DNA of 64,000 nt from Candidatus Saccharimonadales bacterium (lineage in GTDB: Bacteria; Patescibacteriota; Saccharimonadia; Saccharimonadales; UBA10212): contig DASTHW010000013.1 of NCBI GenBank assembly GCA_035717985.1, forward strand, positions 7,656-71,655, in the 5' to 3' direction. The position numbers and the translations under genes are program-made. Below are positions 56,380-63,830 of the stretch, piece after piece. The stretch's first letter is position 1. Every line of letters starts with the position of its first letter. The notes beneath the pieces are model-generated. The model was not told the origin of the DNA, made no database searches, and was given only the letters and a program-made list of their open reading frames with translations.

Positions 56380-56772
56380 CTAGAAGGCTAGTTTTTGGGC
56401 CATGTCTGCCAAGGCTGAGTGATTCGGCTCTGGATCAGCTGGCCGCCGAGCATAATAGTTTTCGGCAGAATTAAACGGGATCAGATGAACATGGGCATGC
56501 GGAACTTCTTCACCAATCACCTTCACACCCACGAATCTTACACTCAGAACATCACGAATACGGCGAGCCACTAGCTTAACTGTGGCCATCAGGGCCTGGT
56601 AATCGTCATCTGGTAAATCCCATAAAAACTCTATTTGAGTCTTAGGAATTACTAAGGCATGGCCGGGCTGGATTGGATTTATGTCCAGAAATGCTAGGGT
56701 TTTGTCGTCTTCATAGATTTTATGAGCCGGGATTTCGCCCTTGATGATTTTGGTAAAAATGCTGTCGGCCAT
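56380..56772 (-). CDS. HIT-family (histidine triad) nucleotide hydrolase/transferase
   Basis: HAHVHLIP histidine triad; 130 aa. Confidence 0.85.
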   Translation of the reverse strand: MADSIFTKIIKGEIPAHKIYEDDKTLAFLDINPIQPGHALVIPKTQIEFLWDLPDDDYQALMATVKLVARRIRDVLSVRFVGVKVIGEEVPHAHVHLIPFNSAENYYARRPADPEPNHSALADMAQKLAF

Positions 56773-56949
56773 TTATTTGATCCAGCTTTTTAAGACAAAG
56801 AAAACAATAATAAAAATCAGCAAAGCACAAATGCCGGCGGCCTGGACCGATTGGCGGGTATTACTGGCACCGCCCCGCCGCTGAAATTTGGTATAAATCC
56901 AGCTACCGGAACCGATAGCGAATAAAAAGCTAACTACTGCCGGACCCAT
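56773..56949 (-). CDS. small two-TM membrane protein (58 aa), hypothetical; translationally coupled to the HIT gene
   Basis: Minus-strand ORF MGPAVVSFLFAIGSGSWIYTKFQRRGGASNTRQSVQAAGICALLIFIIVFFVLKSWIK. Its TAA stop is immediately followed by the HIT ATG. It is below the ORF-track cutoff. Confidence 0.4.
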   Translation of the reverse strand: MGPAVVSFLFAIGSGSWIYTKFQRRGGASNTRQSVQAAGICALLIFIIVFFVLKSWIK

Positions 56950-57000
56950 AAATAAATGATATCAGATTAGTGTTTGTTGATTTAATAAAGTTTTTATTGT

Positions 57001-57013
57001 ATAGTATACATGT
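57001..57013. promoter_or_regulatory. palindrome TGTATA-g-TATACA in the divergent promoter region between the HIT operon and cassette 3
   Basis: Read directly from the sequence, adjacent to a TTGACA hexamer at 57017-57022. Confidence 0.3.
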
Positions 57014-57044
57014 ACGTTGACAGCTGGCGAGCCACGTATTCCTT

Positions 57045-57111
57045 GGACCCGAATCCCGCTTGAAAAAAGCGGAACAGTGGACCCGAATCCCGCTTGAAAA
57101 AAGCGGAACAG
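57045..57111 (+). repeat. two tandem copies of a 33-bp unit GGACCCGAATCCCGCTTGAAAAAAGCGGAACAG (34-bp period), each with an internal hairpin CCGCTT-GAAAA-AAGCGG
   Basis: Copy 1 is at 57045-57077 and copy 2 at 57079-57111, with identical sequence. Copy 2 runs directly into the RBS AAAGGAA and the ATG at 57123. Confidence 0.85.
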
Positions 57112-57122
57112 AAAGGAATGAC

Positions 57123-57533
57123 ATGGCAATTTTCTACAGATGCACCAACAACGGTACGACCGCAGTCGTTCCGGAGAACGTGTACGAGCAGATCCAGGCC
57201 CAACACGACTGGTGGATGAGGGTGCAGAGGGAGACTGGCGGCCGCGAGCCGATCGAGTCGCCGGAGTACCCCAAGCCCATCTTCACCTTCGTGCGGAGGG
57301 AGCACCTCGGTCCGGACCTCCACCTCAGGAACTACGTGACCGCCAGCCTCGAGCTGATGGACACGCTCCTGCAGGGGCATGTGGTCTTCAGCGGGGAGTT
57401 CTACGTGCCGTTCAGCAATAGTATCGAGCTGAACGACCACGACCCGCGTGCTGAAGGCGAGAGGACCTTCCGGACGACACTCGAGCAGGCCATCAAGGCC
57501 TTCGAGCTCGTCCGGGCAGGCACTACGCAGTAA
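57123..57533 (+). CDS. high-GC ORF (136 aa), hypothetical; actinobacterial-style codon usage
   Basis: ATG after AAAGGAATGAC. Third-position G/C is near-universal (acc, gtc, gag, atc, ttc, ctc, gac...). Product MAIFYRCTNNGTTAVVPENVYEQIQAQHDWWMRVQRETGGREPIESPEYPKPIFTFVRREHLGPD... The ORF-track entry 57060..57533 begins at a TTG inside the AT-rich repeat and is not favoured. Confidence 0.55.
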   Translation: MAIFYRCTNNGTTAVVPENVYEQIQAQHDWWMRVQRETGGREPIESPEYPKPIFTFVRREHLGPDLHLRNYVTASLELMDTLLQGHVVFSGEFYVPFSNSIELNDHDPRAEGERTFRTTLEQAIKAFELVRAGTTQ

Positions 57534-57574
57534 GAGCAGGCGGGTTCGCCGCTCATCGTACAGCCGGGATCGGT

Positions 57575-57615
57575 GCGGGCGCGCTCTCAGCGCGCCCGCA
57601 TCCCCGGACTTTCTA
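57575..57615 (+). terminator. GC-rich hairpin terminator after the cassette-3 ORF
   Basis: GCGGGCGCGC-TCTCA-GCGCGCCCGC, a perfect 10-bp stem, followed by ATCCCCGGACTTTCTATTTGT. Confidence 0.55.
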
Positions 57616-57691
57616 TTTGTAAGACGCAGGAACCCCGATAAGACTTCTTAAATCGCTAAACACTAGGCTATAATTACCTCTGTTCTTACGC

Positions 57692-57783
<92 letters not shown>

Positions 57784-57815
57784 AAGAAGAAAGGGTGGCC
57801 CCGGCCCGCTAAAGT

Positions 57816-58325
57816 CTAAAAGATGGTGAAGCGGGGGACTTTGATAGATAGCTGGGGCCGCGGCAGTTTGGCCAATTGAGTCCGCCAGGCCGGTTGGAGC
57901 CGTTTTGCCCGGGTACTGGTTTTAACCTGAGCTTTAGCCTTGGCCTTGGCTTTAGCAAAGACAGTAACCGGCAGGCTTTTAGCACAAAGGATTATCCCAA
58001 TCTCTAAGAGAAACATAGTATCTAGCGGCTGTACCCAGCCGTATAAAAATGAGCCCATGGCGGTATCGAGCCCGGCTATTAGACCAAAAGCGATTACCGC
58101 TAGCCCGGCGCTTAGAAAATACTCGCGGGTTTTGTCGCTAAAACGGTGAGTGTTAAAACTTAGCCAAACCAGCCCAGCCGCCAGCAAGACGCGTACGACG
58201 GCTACAAATATATTTAGCGAGGCAAAAGCAAACAGCAGACTATGGCTATGCGCCAGCGACATGTAGAAAAAGCCTAACTGGGCCAACAGTAATACAACAC
58301 TAATAACCTTGCTGGTTCTAGCCAT
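57816..58325 (-). CDS. polytopic membrane protein, hypothetical (169 aa)
   Basis: 4-5 predicted TM helices with a basic C-terminus. Confidence 0.5.
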   Translation of the reverse strand: MARTSKVISVVLLLAQLGFFYMSLAHSHSLLFAFASLNIFVAVVRVLLAAGLVWLSFNTHRFSDKTREYFLSAGLAVIAFGLIAGLDTAMGSFLYGWVQPLDTMFLLEIGIILCAKSLPVTVFAKAKAKAKAQVKTSTRAKRLQPAWRTQLAKLPRPQLSIKVPRFTIF

Positions 58326-58504
58326 TTATTTCCTCTGGTTCCTGATTAACGGTTCTAGATACATGGTATCAGTGGCCCACCGGCTAACTCAGCGACAAAA
58401 CTTACTAGACAAGAGTTAAAATTATTACTCTTATAATCATTATTGGTTTAGTTTGAGGCCCAAGTTAAACTATACTTAGCCAGTAAGGGAGGCTATCCGC
58501 CGAA

Positions 58505-58915
58505 GTGCTGAACGAGTTTAAGAAATTTATCCTACGCGGCAATGTGGTTGATTTGGCCGTCGGCGTGGTAATTGGCTCGGCCTTTAACGGCGTAGTTCAG
58601 GCGCTGGTTAAAGATATGATTACGCCTATTATCTCGGCTATCGGCGGCGGTAAGCACTTTGCTAATGCCAGCTTTACGATTCATAACAGCCAGTTTGCCT
58701 ACGGCGATTTTATTAACACTATTATTTCGTTTTTGCTGATTGCGGCGGCTGTCTTTTTCTTGGTGGTTCAGCCCATTAATAAACTGACTCAGCTGGCCAC
58801 GCGTGATCGTGATACAGACGAGCCGACGACTAAAAAATGCCGGTTTTGCTTTAGCGAAATTCCGGCTCAGGCCGTCCGCTGTAAGTTTTGTACTTCGAAA
58901 TTAGAAGAGTCTTAA
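58505..58915 (+). CDS. mscL: large-conductance mechanosensitive channel MscL with a C-terminal Cys4 zinc-ribbon extension
   Basis: GTG start after AAGGGAGG. FKKFILRGNVVDLAVGVVIGSAFNGVVQALVKDMITPII is the MscL TM1 signature. The C-terminus is CRFCFSEIPAQAVRCKFCTS. Confidence 0.8.
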   Translation: MLNEFKKFILRGNVVDLAVGVVIGSAFNGVVQALVKDMITPIISAIGGGKHFANASFTIHNSQFAYGDFINTIISFLLIAAAVFFLVVQPINKLTQLATRDRDTDEPTTKKCRFCFSEIPAQAVRCKFCTSKLEES

Positions 58916-58930
58916 GAAAGGCCAGCCAGC

Positions 58931-60370
58931 ATGCGCTTTTTGAATGATAACCAGCCCAACTATGAGCTGACTTATAACGACGTGTTTTTAGTCCCTAGCC
59001 ATAGTGACATTGATTCGCGGCTAGAGGTTGATCTAGCTAGCCCCGGCCCGATTGATACTCATCTGCCGCTAGTCGTCGCCAATATGAACGCAGTCGCCGG
59101 CAAGCGGATGGCCGAGACGGTAGCCCGCAGGGGCGGCCTAGCGGTTTTACCACAGGATATACCGCTGGAAGTACTGGCCGACATGATAGCTTACGTTAAA
59201 TCCCGGCATTTAGTCTTTGAGACACCCCTGACGCTGGGCGCCGATAACACCATCGCCGAGGCCTTGAATATCATCCATAAACGGGCTCATCAGGCCATAA
59301 TAATCATTGACAGCCGAGGCCGGCCGGTGGGCATTTTTACTAGTAGCGACTCAGCCGGTCATGATTTATTTAGCCAGGTAGGGCAGGTGATGAGTACAGA
59401 TTTAATTAGTCTACCGGCTAATCTGGCTCCAAAAGCTATGTTTGATAAATTGAGCCAGCAAAGATTAAACGTGGCGCCGGTGCTATCGGGCGGCAAAATG
59501 GTGGGTGTAGTCACTAAAAAAAGCATTTTGCGCTCTGGCCTTTACCAACCGGCAGTTGATAAGAATAAACGGTTAATGGTGGGCGCGGCCGTCGGCATTA
59601 ACGGTGATGTAGCTAAAAAGGTCGAGCAAGTCCTGCGCGCTGGGGCCGACGTACTGGTAATTGACACCGCTCACGGCCACCAGCAAAAAATGTGCGCGGC
59701 CATTAAAAAGGCACGAGCAGTTAGCACCCGCGTGCCGATTGTCGCCGGCAATGTGGTGACGGCCCAAGCCGTCCGCGATCTGGCCAAAGCCGGCGCCGAC
59801 ATCATAAAAGTGGGCGTCGGGCCAGGCGCGATGTGCACCACCCGAATGATGACTGGGGTTGGCCGGCCCCAGTTTAGTGCCGTGACGGAGTGCGCTAGCG
59901 CCGCCCGCGAGCTGGGCAAATACATCTGGGCCGACGGCGGTATCCGCTGGCCTAGGGACGTGGCGCTGGCTCTAGCGGCTGGCGCCTCCAGTGTAATGTT
60001 TGGCTCCTGGTGGGCTGGCACTTATGAAAGCGCCGCCGACATCCAGGCTGATAGTCAAGGACGATTGTTTAAAGAAAACTTTGGTATGGCCAGTAAGCGG
60101 GCTGTCAAAAACCGGAACGCCGGCCAAGCGGCCTATGATCAAGCCAAGCGCGAATTATTTGAAGAAGGTATCAGTAAAAGCCAGATGTTTTTGCACCCAG
60201 AGAGACCCGGCGCCGAAGATATCATCGACCATATCATTGCCGGGCTCAGAAGTTCGATGACTTACGCCGGAGCTAGAACTATCGAGGAATTTGCCCAAAA
60301 GGCGGTAGTCGGTGTGCAGTCAGGAGCCGGCTACGAAGAGGGCAAAGCCCTGCCGGCCAGCTGGAATTAA
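58931..60370 (+). CDS. guaB: IMP dehydrogenase (IMPDH/GuaB family, with CBS pair)
   Basis: N-terminal LTYNDVFLVPSHS, a CBS domains region and a catalytic loop GVGPGAMCTTR; 479 aa. Confidence 0.85.
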   Translation: MRFLNDNQPNYELTYNDVFLVPSHSDIDSRLEVDLASPGPIDTHLPLVVANMNAVAGKRMAETVARRGGLAVLPQDIPLEVLADMIAYVKSRHLVFETPLTLGADNTIAEALNIIHKRAHQAIIIIDSRGRPVGIFTSSDSAGHDLFSQVGQVMSTDLISLPANLAPKAMFDKLSQQRLNVAPVLSGGKMVGVVTKKSILRSGLYQPAVDKNKRLMVGAAVGINGDVAKKVEQVLRAGADVLVIDTAHGHQQKMCAAIKKARAVSTRVPIVAGNVVTAQAVRDLAKAGADIIKVGVGPGAMCTTRMMTGVGRPQFSAVTECASAARELGKYIWADGGIRWPRDVALALAAGASSVMFGSWWAGTYESAADIQADSQGRLFKENFGMASKRAVKNRNAGQAAYDQAKRELFEEGISKSQMFLHPERPGAEDIIDHIIAGLRSSMTYAGARTIEEFAQKAVVGVQSGAGYEEGKALPASWN

Positions 60371-60443
60371 TTTTGCTCTAAAATAAACAAGTAAAATAGC
60401 TAACGGCAAGTTTGGCGGCCGCCTAGTTATTATTGGTACTATC

Positions 60444-61652
60444 TTGAAAACCACCAGCACTAAATTCCTGCTTATGCTGGGCATACCAGCATTTGGGTTG
60501 ACGTTTGCGGTAACTACACTTACGGCCTATTTACCGGTGTTTTTACACTCGCTGGTGAACCCAATTTTCGTCGGGTTGATTATTGGCGGCGAGGGCATTT
60601 TTAGCCTATTCATACCTTTTATCTTTGGTGTTTTATCCGATAGAGCCAAGACCGTAGCCGGCCGCTGGCACTACCTTGTGCCGGCCGTCGGTGCGATGGC
60701 CAGTGCTTTGATATTAATGGGTCTAATCCGCCATTTGGCTGTTATTGCGCCGATGGTAGCCTTGTTTTATCTTGGCTATTTTGCCTATCTGGCGCCGTAT
60801 TGGGCCACTTATCCGGATATTATCGATAAGGCTCATGCCGGCCGGTCGCGCAGTGCCGAGAGCGTATGGCGGGTAACAGGAGCCTTTTTTGCCCTAGTCG
60901 GGAGCGGCTTTTTGCTTAGCGCCTGGAAACCTTTGCCGTTTATTGTCAGTGCCGGCTTGGTGGTAACTGTAACCCTAATTTTTGGCTGGATAATTAAAGG
61001 TTATTACCGTACACCAATTAAAACGGAGGATCGGCAGGTAACCACAGCCGCCCGTCAATCTTGGCGGCTGTTAAAAAGCCACAGCAATATTAGAAATCTA
61101 CTGATTGCTAATGCCCTTTGGAACGCCACTTTGCAGTCTATCCAGGCTTTTACGGTGTTATTTTTTACTCAAGGCCTGCACCGCTCTACCAGCTTTGTCT
61201 CGGGCGTTATCTTTCCGATAGCGGCTATTGGTCTGCTTATCATGGCGCCCATAAGCGGTAAGCTGGCTGACCGCTATAGCCACTACCGGGTACTGCTGAT
61301 TGCTTGTTTAATTTATGGGCTTGGCGATTTACTACCGGTTTTCTCGCAAGCTTCTGTAATCATCCTGATAATTCCGCTTGTCTCAGGCGCGGCGGCCACA
61401 GTAATGACACTGCCGTACGCGGCACTAATGCGGCTGATGGGCAAAGAACACCACGGCGCATTGTCCGGCTTATTTGGGGTGAGCCGCGGCATTGGCACCT
61501 TTTTGGGGCCGCTGTTAACCGGTGTGACGGTGGTGGTAGCCAGTAATATCTTTAAGAGCACCAACGGCTGGGCCGGAATGTGGCTGGCCTGCGGTTTATT
61601 TATGCTGGTCAGCCTGCTGTTTTTCATGCGCCTGTCGCCAAAAGCTATCTAG
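60444..61652 (+). CDS. MFS transporter
   Basis: 12 predicted TM helices; 402 aa. Confidence 0.8.
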   Translation: MKTTSTKFLLMLGIPAFGLTFAVTTLTAYLPVFLHSLVNPIFVGLIIGGEGIFSLFIPFIFGVLSDRAKTVAGRWHYLVPAVGAMASALILMGLIRHLAVIAPMVALFYLGYFAYLAPYWATYPDIIDKAHAGRSRSAESVWRVTGAFFALVGSGFLLSAWKPLPFIVSAGLVVTVTLIFGWIIKGYYRTPIKTEDRQVTTAARQSWRLLKSHSNIRNLLIANALWNATLQSIQAFTVLFFTQGLHRSTSFVSGVIFPIAAIGLLIMAPISGKLADRYSHYRVLLIACLIYGLGDLLPVFSQASVIILIIPLVSGAAATVMTLPYAALMRLMGKEHHGALSGLFGVSRGIGTFLGPLLTGVTVVVASNIFKSTNGWAGMWLACGLFMLVSLLFFMRLSPKAI

Positions 61653-61718
61653 TGGCTACCCGCACTCAATCGATTAAATAAACCAGCTCAGGCTCAGCTG
61701 GAAGAGCTGATCCTGGGC

Positions 61719-61795
61719 TGGTACGCGTGGCAGGATTTGAACCTACGACCTTCGGCTCCGCAAGCCGACGCTCTATCCAGCTGAGCTACACGCGC
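61719..61795 (-). tRNA. tRNA-Arg (anticodon GCG as read; G37), CCA encoded
   Basis: Revcomp reads GCGCGTGTAGCTCAGCTGGATAGAGCGTCGGCTTGCGGAGCCGAAGGTCGTAGGTTCAAATCCTGCCACGCGTACCA. It has an Arg-type D-arm. The anticodon stem is TCGGC/GCCGA and the loop TTGCGGA. Confidence 0.75.
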
Positions 61796-61878
61796 TTAAT
61801 TTGCTGACTAATGACAGCGATGACTGATTTTAACAGATTGAGGGGTTAATTTCCAGACGGGTAATAAAGTAGGACGGC

Positions 61879-62358
61879 CTAAAACCGCAGGCGGCGGCTC
61901 AGGCGGTCAATGCTATCAGCCCGCCGGTTTTTAATTGGCAGGTGATCGCCAATTATAGCCACTATTCGGTCTTCATCGCTCTCATCAAAATAGGCTGAAA
62001 CCGCCGGCATAAAACGCTTTAGCGGGTCCAGCACCAGGCTGGTTAGATCACCTTCACGGATGATTGAAAAAGTTTTAAATTGGCTCAAAGGATAAAATTT
62101 CTGGCCGGCTTTTAGACCCTGGGCCGATAGTTCGTAGTTAATTTGCTGAGGTTTCCAGTGAGCCACCGAGCCAACAATGGCGCCGGCTATGATGATAACT
62201 ACCGCGCCAAAAATATCCTTAGAAATAAAATAAACTAAGGCCGCCAGTACCGCGACCGATACCGCTAAACCCAGGTACCAGGCCGGGCCGCGCGGGTGGT
62301 CAATAAATTCGGAAGCTGTCCAAGAGATGGATGTATTTTTAGAGTTTTGATTAGCCAC
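61879..62358 (-). CDS. membrane protein with bacterial PH (bPH/YdbS-like) domain, hypothetical
   Basis: GTG start. Two TM helices are followed by a ~100-aa soluble domain (pattern only). Confidence 0.5.
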   Translation of the reverse strand: MANQNSKNTSISWTASEFIDHPRGPAWYLGLAVSVAVLAALVYFISKDIFGAVVIIIAGAIVGSVAHWKPQQINYELSAQGLKAGQKFYPLSQFKTFSIIREGDLTSLVLDPLKRFMPAVSAYFDESDEDRIVAIIGDHLPIKNRRADSIDRLSRRLRF

Positions 62359-62483
62359 TACCTACAAAATCCTTATGCTGTCATTGTAGCTTATTTAAGC
62401 TGGAGAGAGATAGCCGGCGTTCACCGTAGGAAGAAATCTTGCCCCATCAATAAAATAATCCGACCTTGGGCCGGAATTACTTA

Positions 62484-62510
62484 TTGGCGGAGAGGGAGGG
62501 ATTTTCGACC
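62484..62510 (-). repeat. partial direct copy (20-22 nt) of the 3' end of tRNA-Ser(GCT), ~160 bp downstream of the intact tRNA (att-like repeat)
   Basis: TTGGCGGAGAGGGAGGGATT at 62484-62503 is identical to 62668-62687 (the tRNA 3' end incl. CCA). Similarity decays thereafter (TTTCGACCC vs CGAACCCTC), and no matching 5' acceptor strand is present. Confidence 0.7.
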
Positions 62511-62668
62511 CACCCGTTAAAAAGCTTCCGCTTTTTACGGTCAGGCCCGTCTCGCCGCCGGCCCGGAACGGCCGGCAAGGCTCCGACTGTTCGAATCCCA
62601 CGCGAGCCAAGTAGTTGGCTCGCTTCGCCTCGTACCAATTTAAAAAGCCCGAATAGGGCTTATTAAAT

Positions 62669-62761
62669 TGGCGGAGAGGGAGGGATTCGAACCCTCGCGG
62701 GAGCTTTCGCCCCCCTATCGATTTAGCAAACCGACCCCTTCAGCCTCTTGGGTACCTCTCC
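62669..62761 (-). tRNA. tRNA-Ser (anticodon GCT), CCA encoded
   Basis: Revcomp reads GGAGAGGTACCCAAGAGGCTGAAGGGGTCGGTTTGCTAAATCGATAGGGGGGCGAAAGCTCCCGCGAGGGTTCGAATCCCTCCCTCTCCGCCA. It has a long variable arm and anticodon loop TTGCTAA. Confidence 0.85.
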
Positions 62762-62855
62762 TCAACGTAACTTACGCCCTTGCCTCGTTTTGTCTTCTAA
62801 CCTTAGCCTATTGTCGCTCAATGACAAAAGCTTCGGCTTAGGGCTATTCTGCTCC

Positions 62856-62899
62856 TCCAAATTTGGAAGATCCTGCCCAGCAGATTCTTCCAAATTTGC
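62856..62899. promoter_or_regulatory. two copies of palindromic motif TCCAAATTTGGA (CCAAATTTGGAAGA and its inverted partner TCTTCCAAATTTGC) 14 nt apart, between two tRNA-Ser genes
   Basis: 62856-62867 is a perfect 12-bp palindrome. 62886-62899 is a 13/14 inverted copy, so together they form a 14-bp stem / 14-nt loop hairpin or two adjacent dimeric binding sites. Confidence 0.5.
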
Positions 62900-62973
62900 T
62901 AAGCGTGAGGACGTGCGTAGGCTGAAAGCACTTTAGTTGTATAAAGTGCGGAAGCCGCAGTCACGGCCTAAGC

Positions 62974-63063
62974 TGGCGGAAGGGGTGGGATTCGAACCCA
63001 CGGTACCGTTTCCGGCACAATGGTTTTCAAGACCATCTCCTTAAACCGCTCGGACACCCTTCC
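62974..63063 (-). tRNA. tRNA-Ser (anticodon TGA), CCA encoded
   Basis: Revcomp reads GGAAGGGTGTCCGAGCGGTTTAAGGAGATGGTCTTGAAAACCATTGTGCCGGAAACGGTACCGTGGGTTCGAATCCCACCCCTTCCGCCA. Confidence 0.85.
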
Positions 63064-63134
63064 GTAAGTCAAGGGGCAATTAACTGACAAAGTATAGCAA
63101 ATAACACCTTAGCCAGCTAGGCTGGCTAGTATAT

Positions 63135-63830
63135 CTAGAGGCTTTTGGCAAAAACTAGAGCGTCTACAGCTCGGGCGCCGCCGACCCGCAAAACTCTAGC
63201 TGTCTCAGATAAGGTGGCTCCGGTAGTCACCACATCATCAATTAATAGAATATTGCGCCCGGCTATAACTACCGGCTTTTTTATGAAATAGCTACCCTTC
63301 GCCTGCTTTAGGCGGCTGGTCCGCCCGGCACCAACCTGGGCGCTGGAGCCCAGCCGCCCAAGAGCCTCAGCTCTTTCCATTTGAAGAATGGTGGCCAGCT
63401 TTTCGGCCAGCAGGGCGGTATGATCAAAGCCTCTTTGCCGGACGCGGCTGGCGGCCGTCGGAACCGGAATGAGCAAATAATTTTTGGCACATAACTGCTC
63501 GTCGCTATTTTGATCGAAAAGGGTTTGGGCCATTAGGCTAGCAATAGAGCTGGCACAGGCTCTTTGATGAGAGAACTTATATCTTTGGATTAATTTCTGC
63601 ACAGCGCTGTCGTAGCCGGCGCTAATAAAGACATGATTTGGCGACCCTTGGCGGCAGGCAGGGGGACAAACTTTAGAGCGCAGGCTCAGTTGGCCGCAGT
63701 GCCAACAGCGTTCGCCAAAGGGTACAATTTCGCTGAATTGGCAGGCCAGGCACAGCGGCGAACCCTCCGCCCCGCAGGTAACGCAAGTGGCCGGCGCCAG
63801 CCAGCTAATAGCTAGCTCTAGGAGGCTCAT
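63135..63830 (-). CDS. comFC: ComF family protein (ComFC-type phosphoribosyltransferase-fold competence protein)
   Basis: N-terminal zinc-ribbon cysteines (CVTCG...CLAC...CWHCG...C) and a PRTase motif ILLIDDVVTTGATL. Confidence 0.8.
   Translation of the reverse strand: MSLLELAISWLAPATCVTCGAEGSPLCLACQFSEIVPFGERCWHCGQLSLRSKVCPPACRQGSPNHVFISAGYDSAVQKLIQRYKFSHQRACASSIASLMAQTLFDQNSDEQLCAKNYLLIPVPTAASRVRQRGFDHTALLAEKLATILQMERAEALGRLGSSAQVGAGRTSRLKQAKGSYFIKKPVVIAGRNILLIDDVVTTGATLSETARVLRVGGARAVDALVFAKSL

Larger units (their letters stand above)
57040..57640 (+). other. GC-rich cassette 3 (foreign-looking island); its GC-rich hairpin terminator ends ~75 bp upstream of tRNA-Ser(CGA)
   Basis: G+C rises sharply across the ORF and terminator and returns to background before the tRNA promoter. 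Confidence 0.65.

Noticed and set aside
57045-57111. CRISPR array
   Set aside because: There are only two directly adjacent repeat copies with no spacers. No other regularly spaced repeats are seen in the window.
56994-57440. Minus-strand 148-aa ORF and plus 57140..57421 ORF overlapping the cassette-3 gene, and the TTG-initiated 57060..57533 extension
   Set aside because: These are the same high-GC artefact. The extension starts inside the AT-rich tandem repeat with no RBS, whereas ATG 57123 has AAAGGAA upstream.
62530-62645. Possible small SRP (4.5S) RNA suggested by GGTCAGGCCCG...CCGGAACGGCCGGCAAGG
   Set aside because: The highly conserved AGCAG asymmetric-loop motif and a GNRA-closed helix 8 are absent. 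The resemblance is superficial, and the region is better explained as an att-site spacer with hairpins. A cmscan would settle it.
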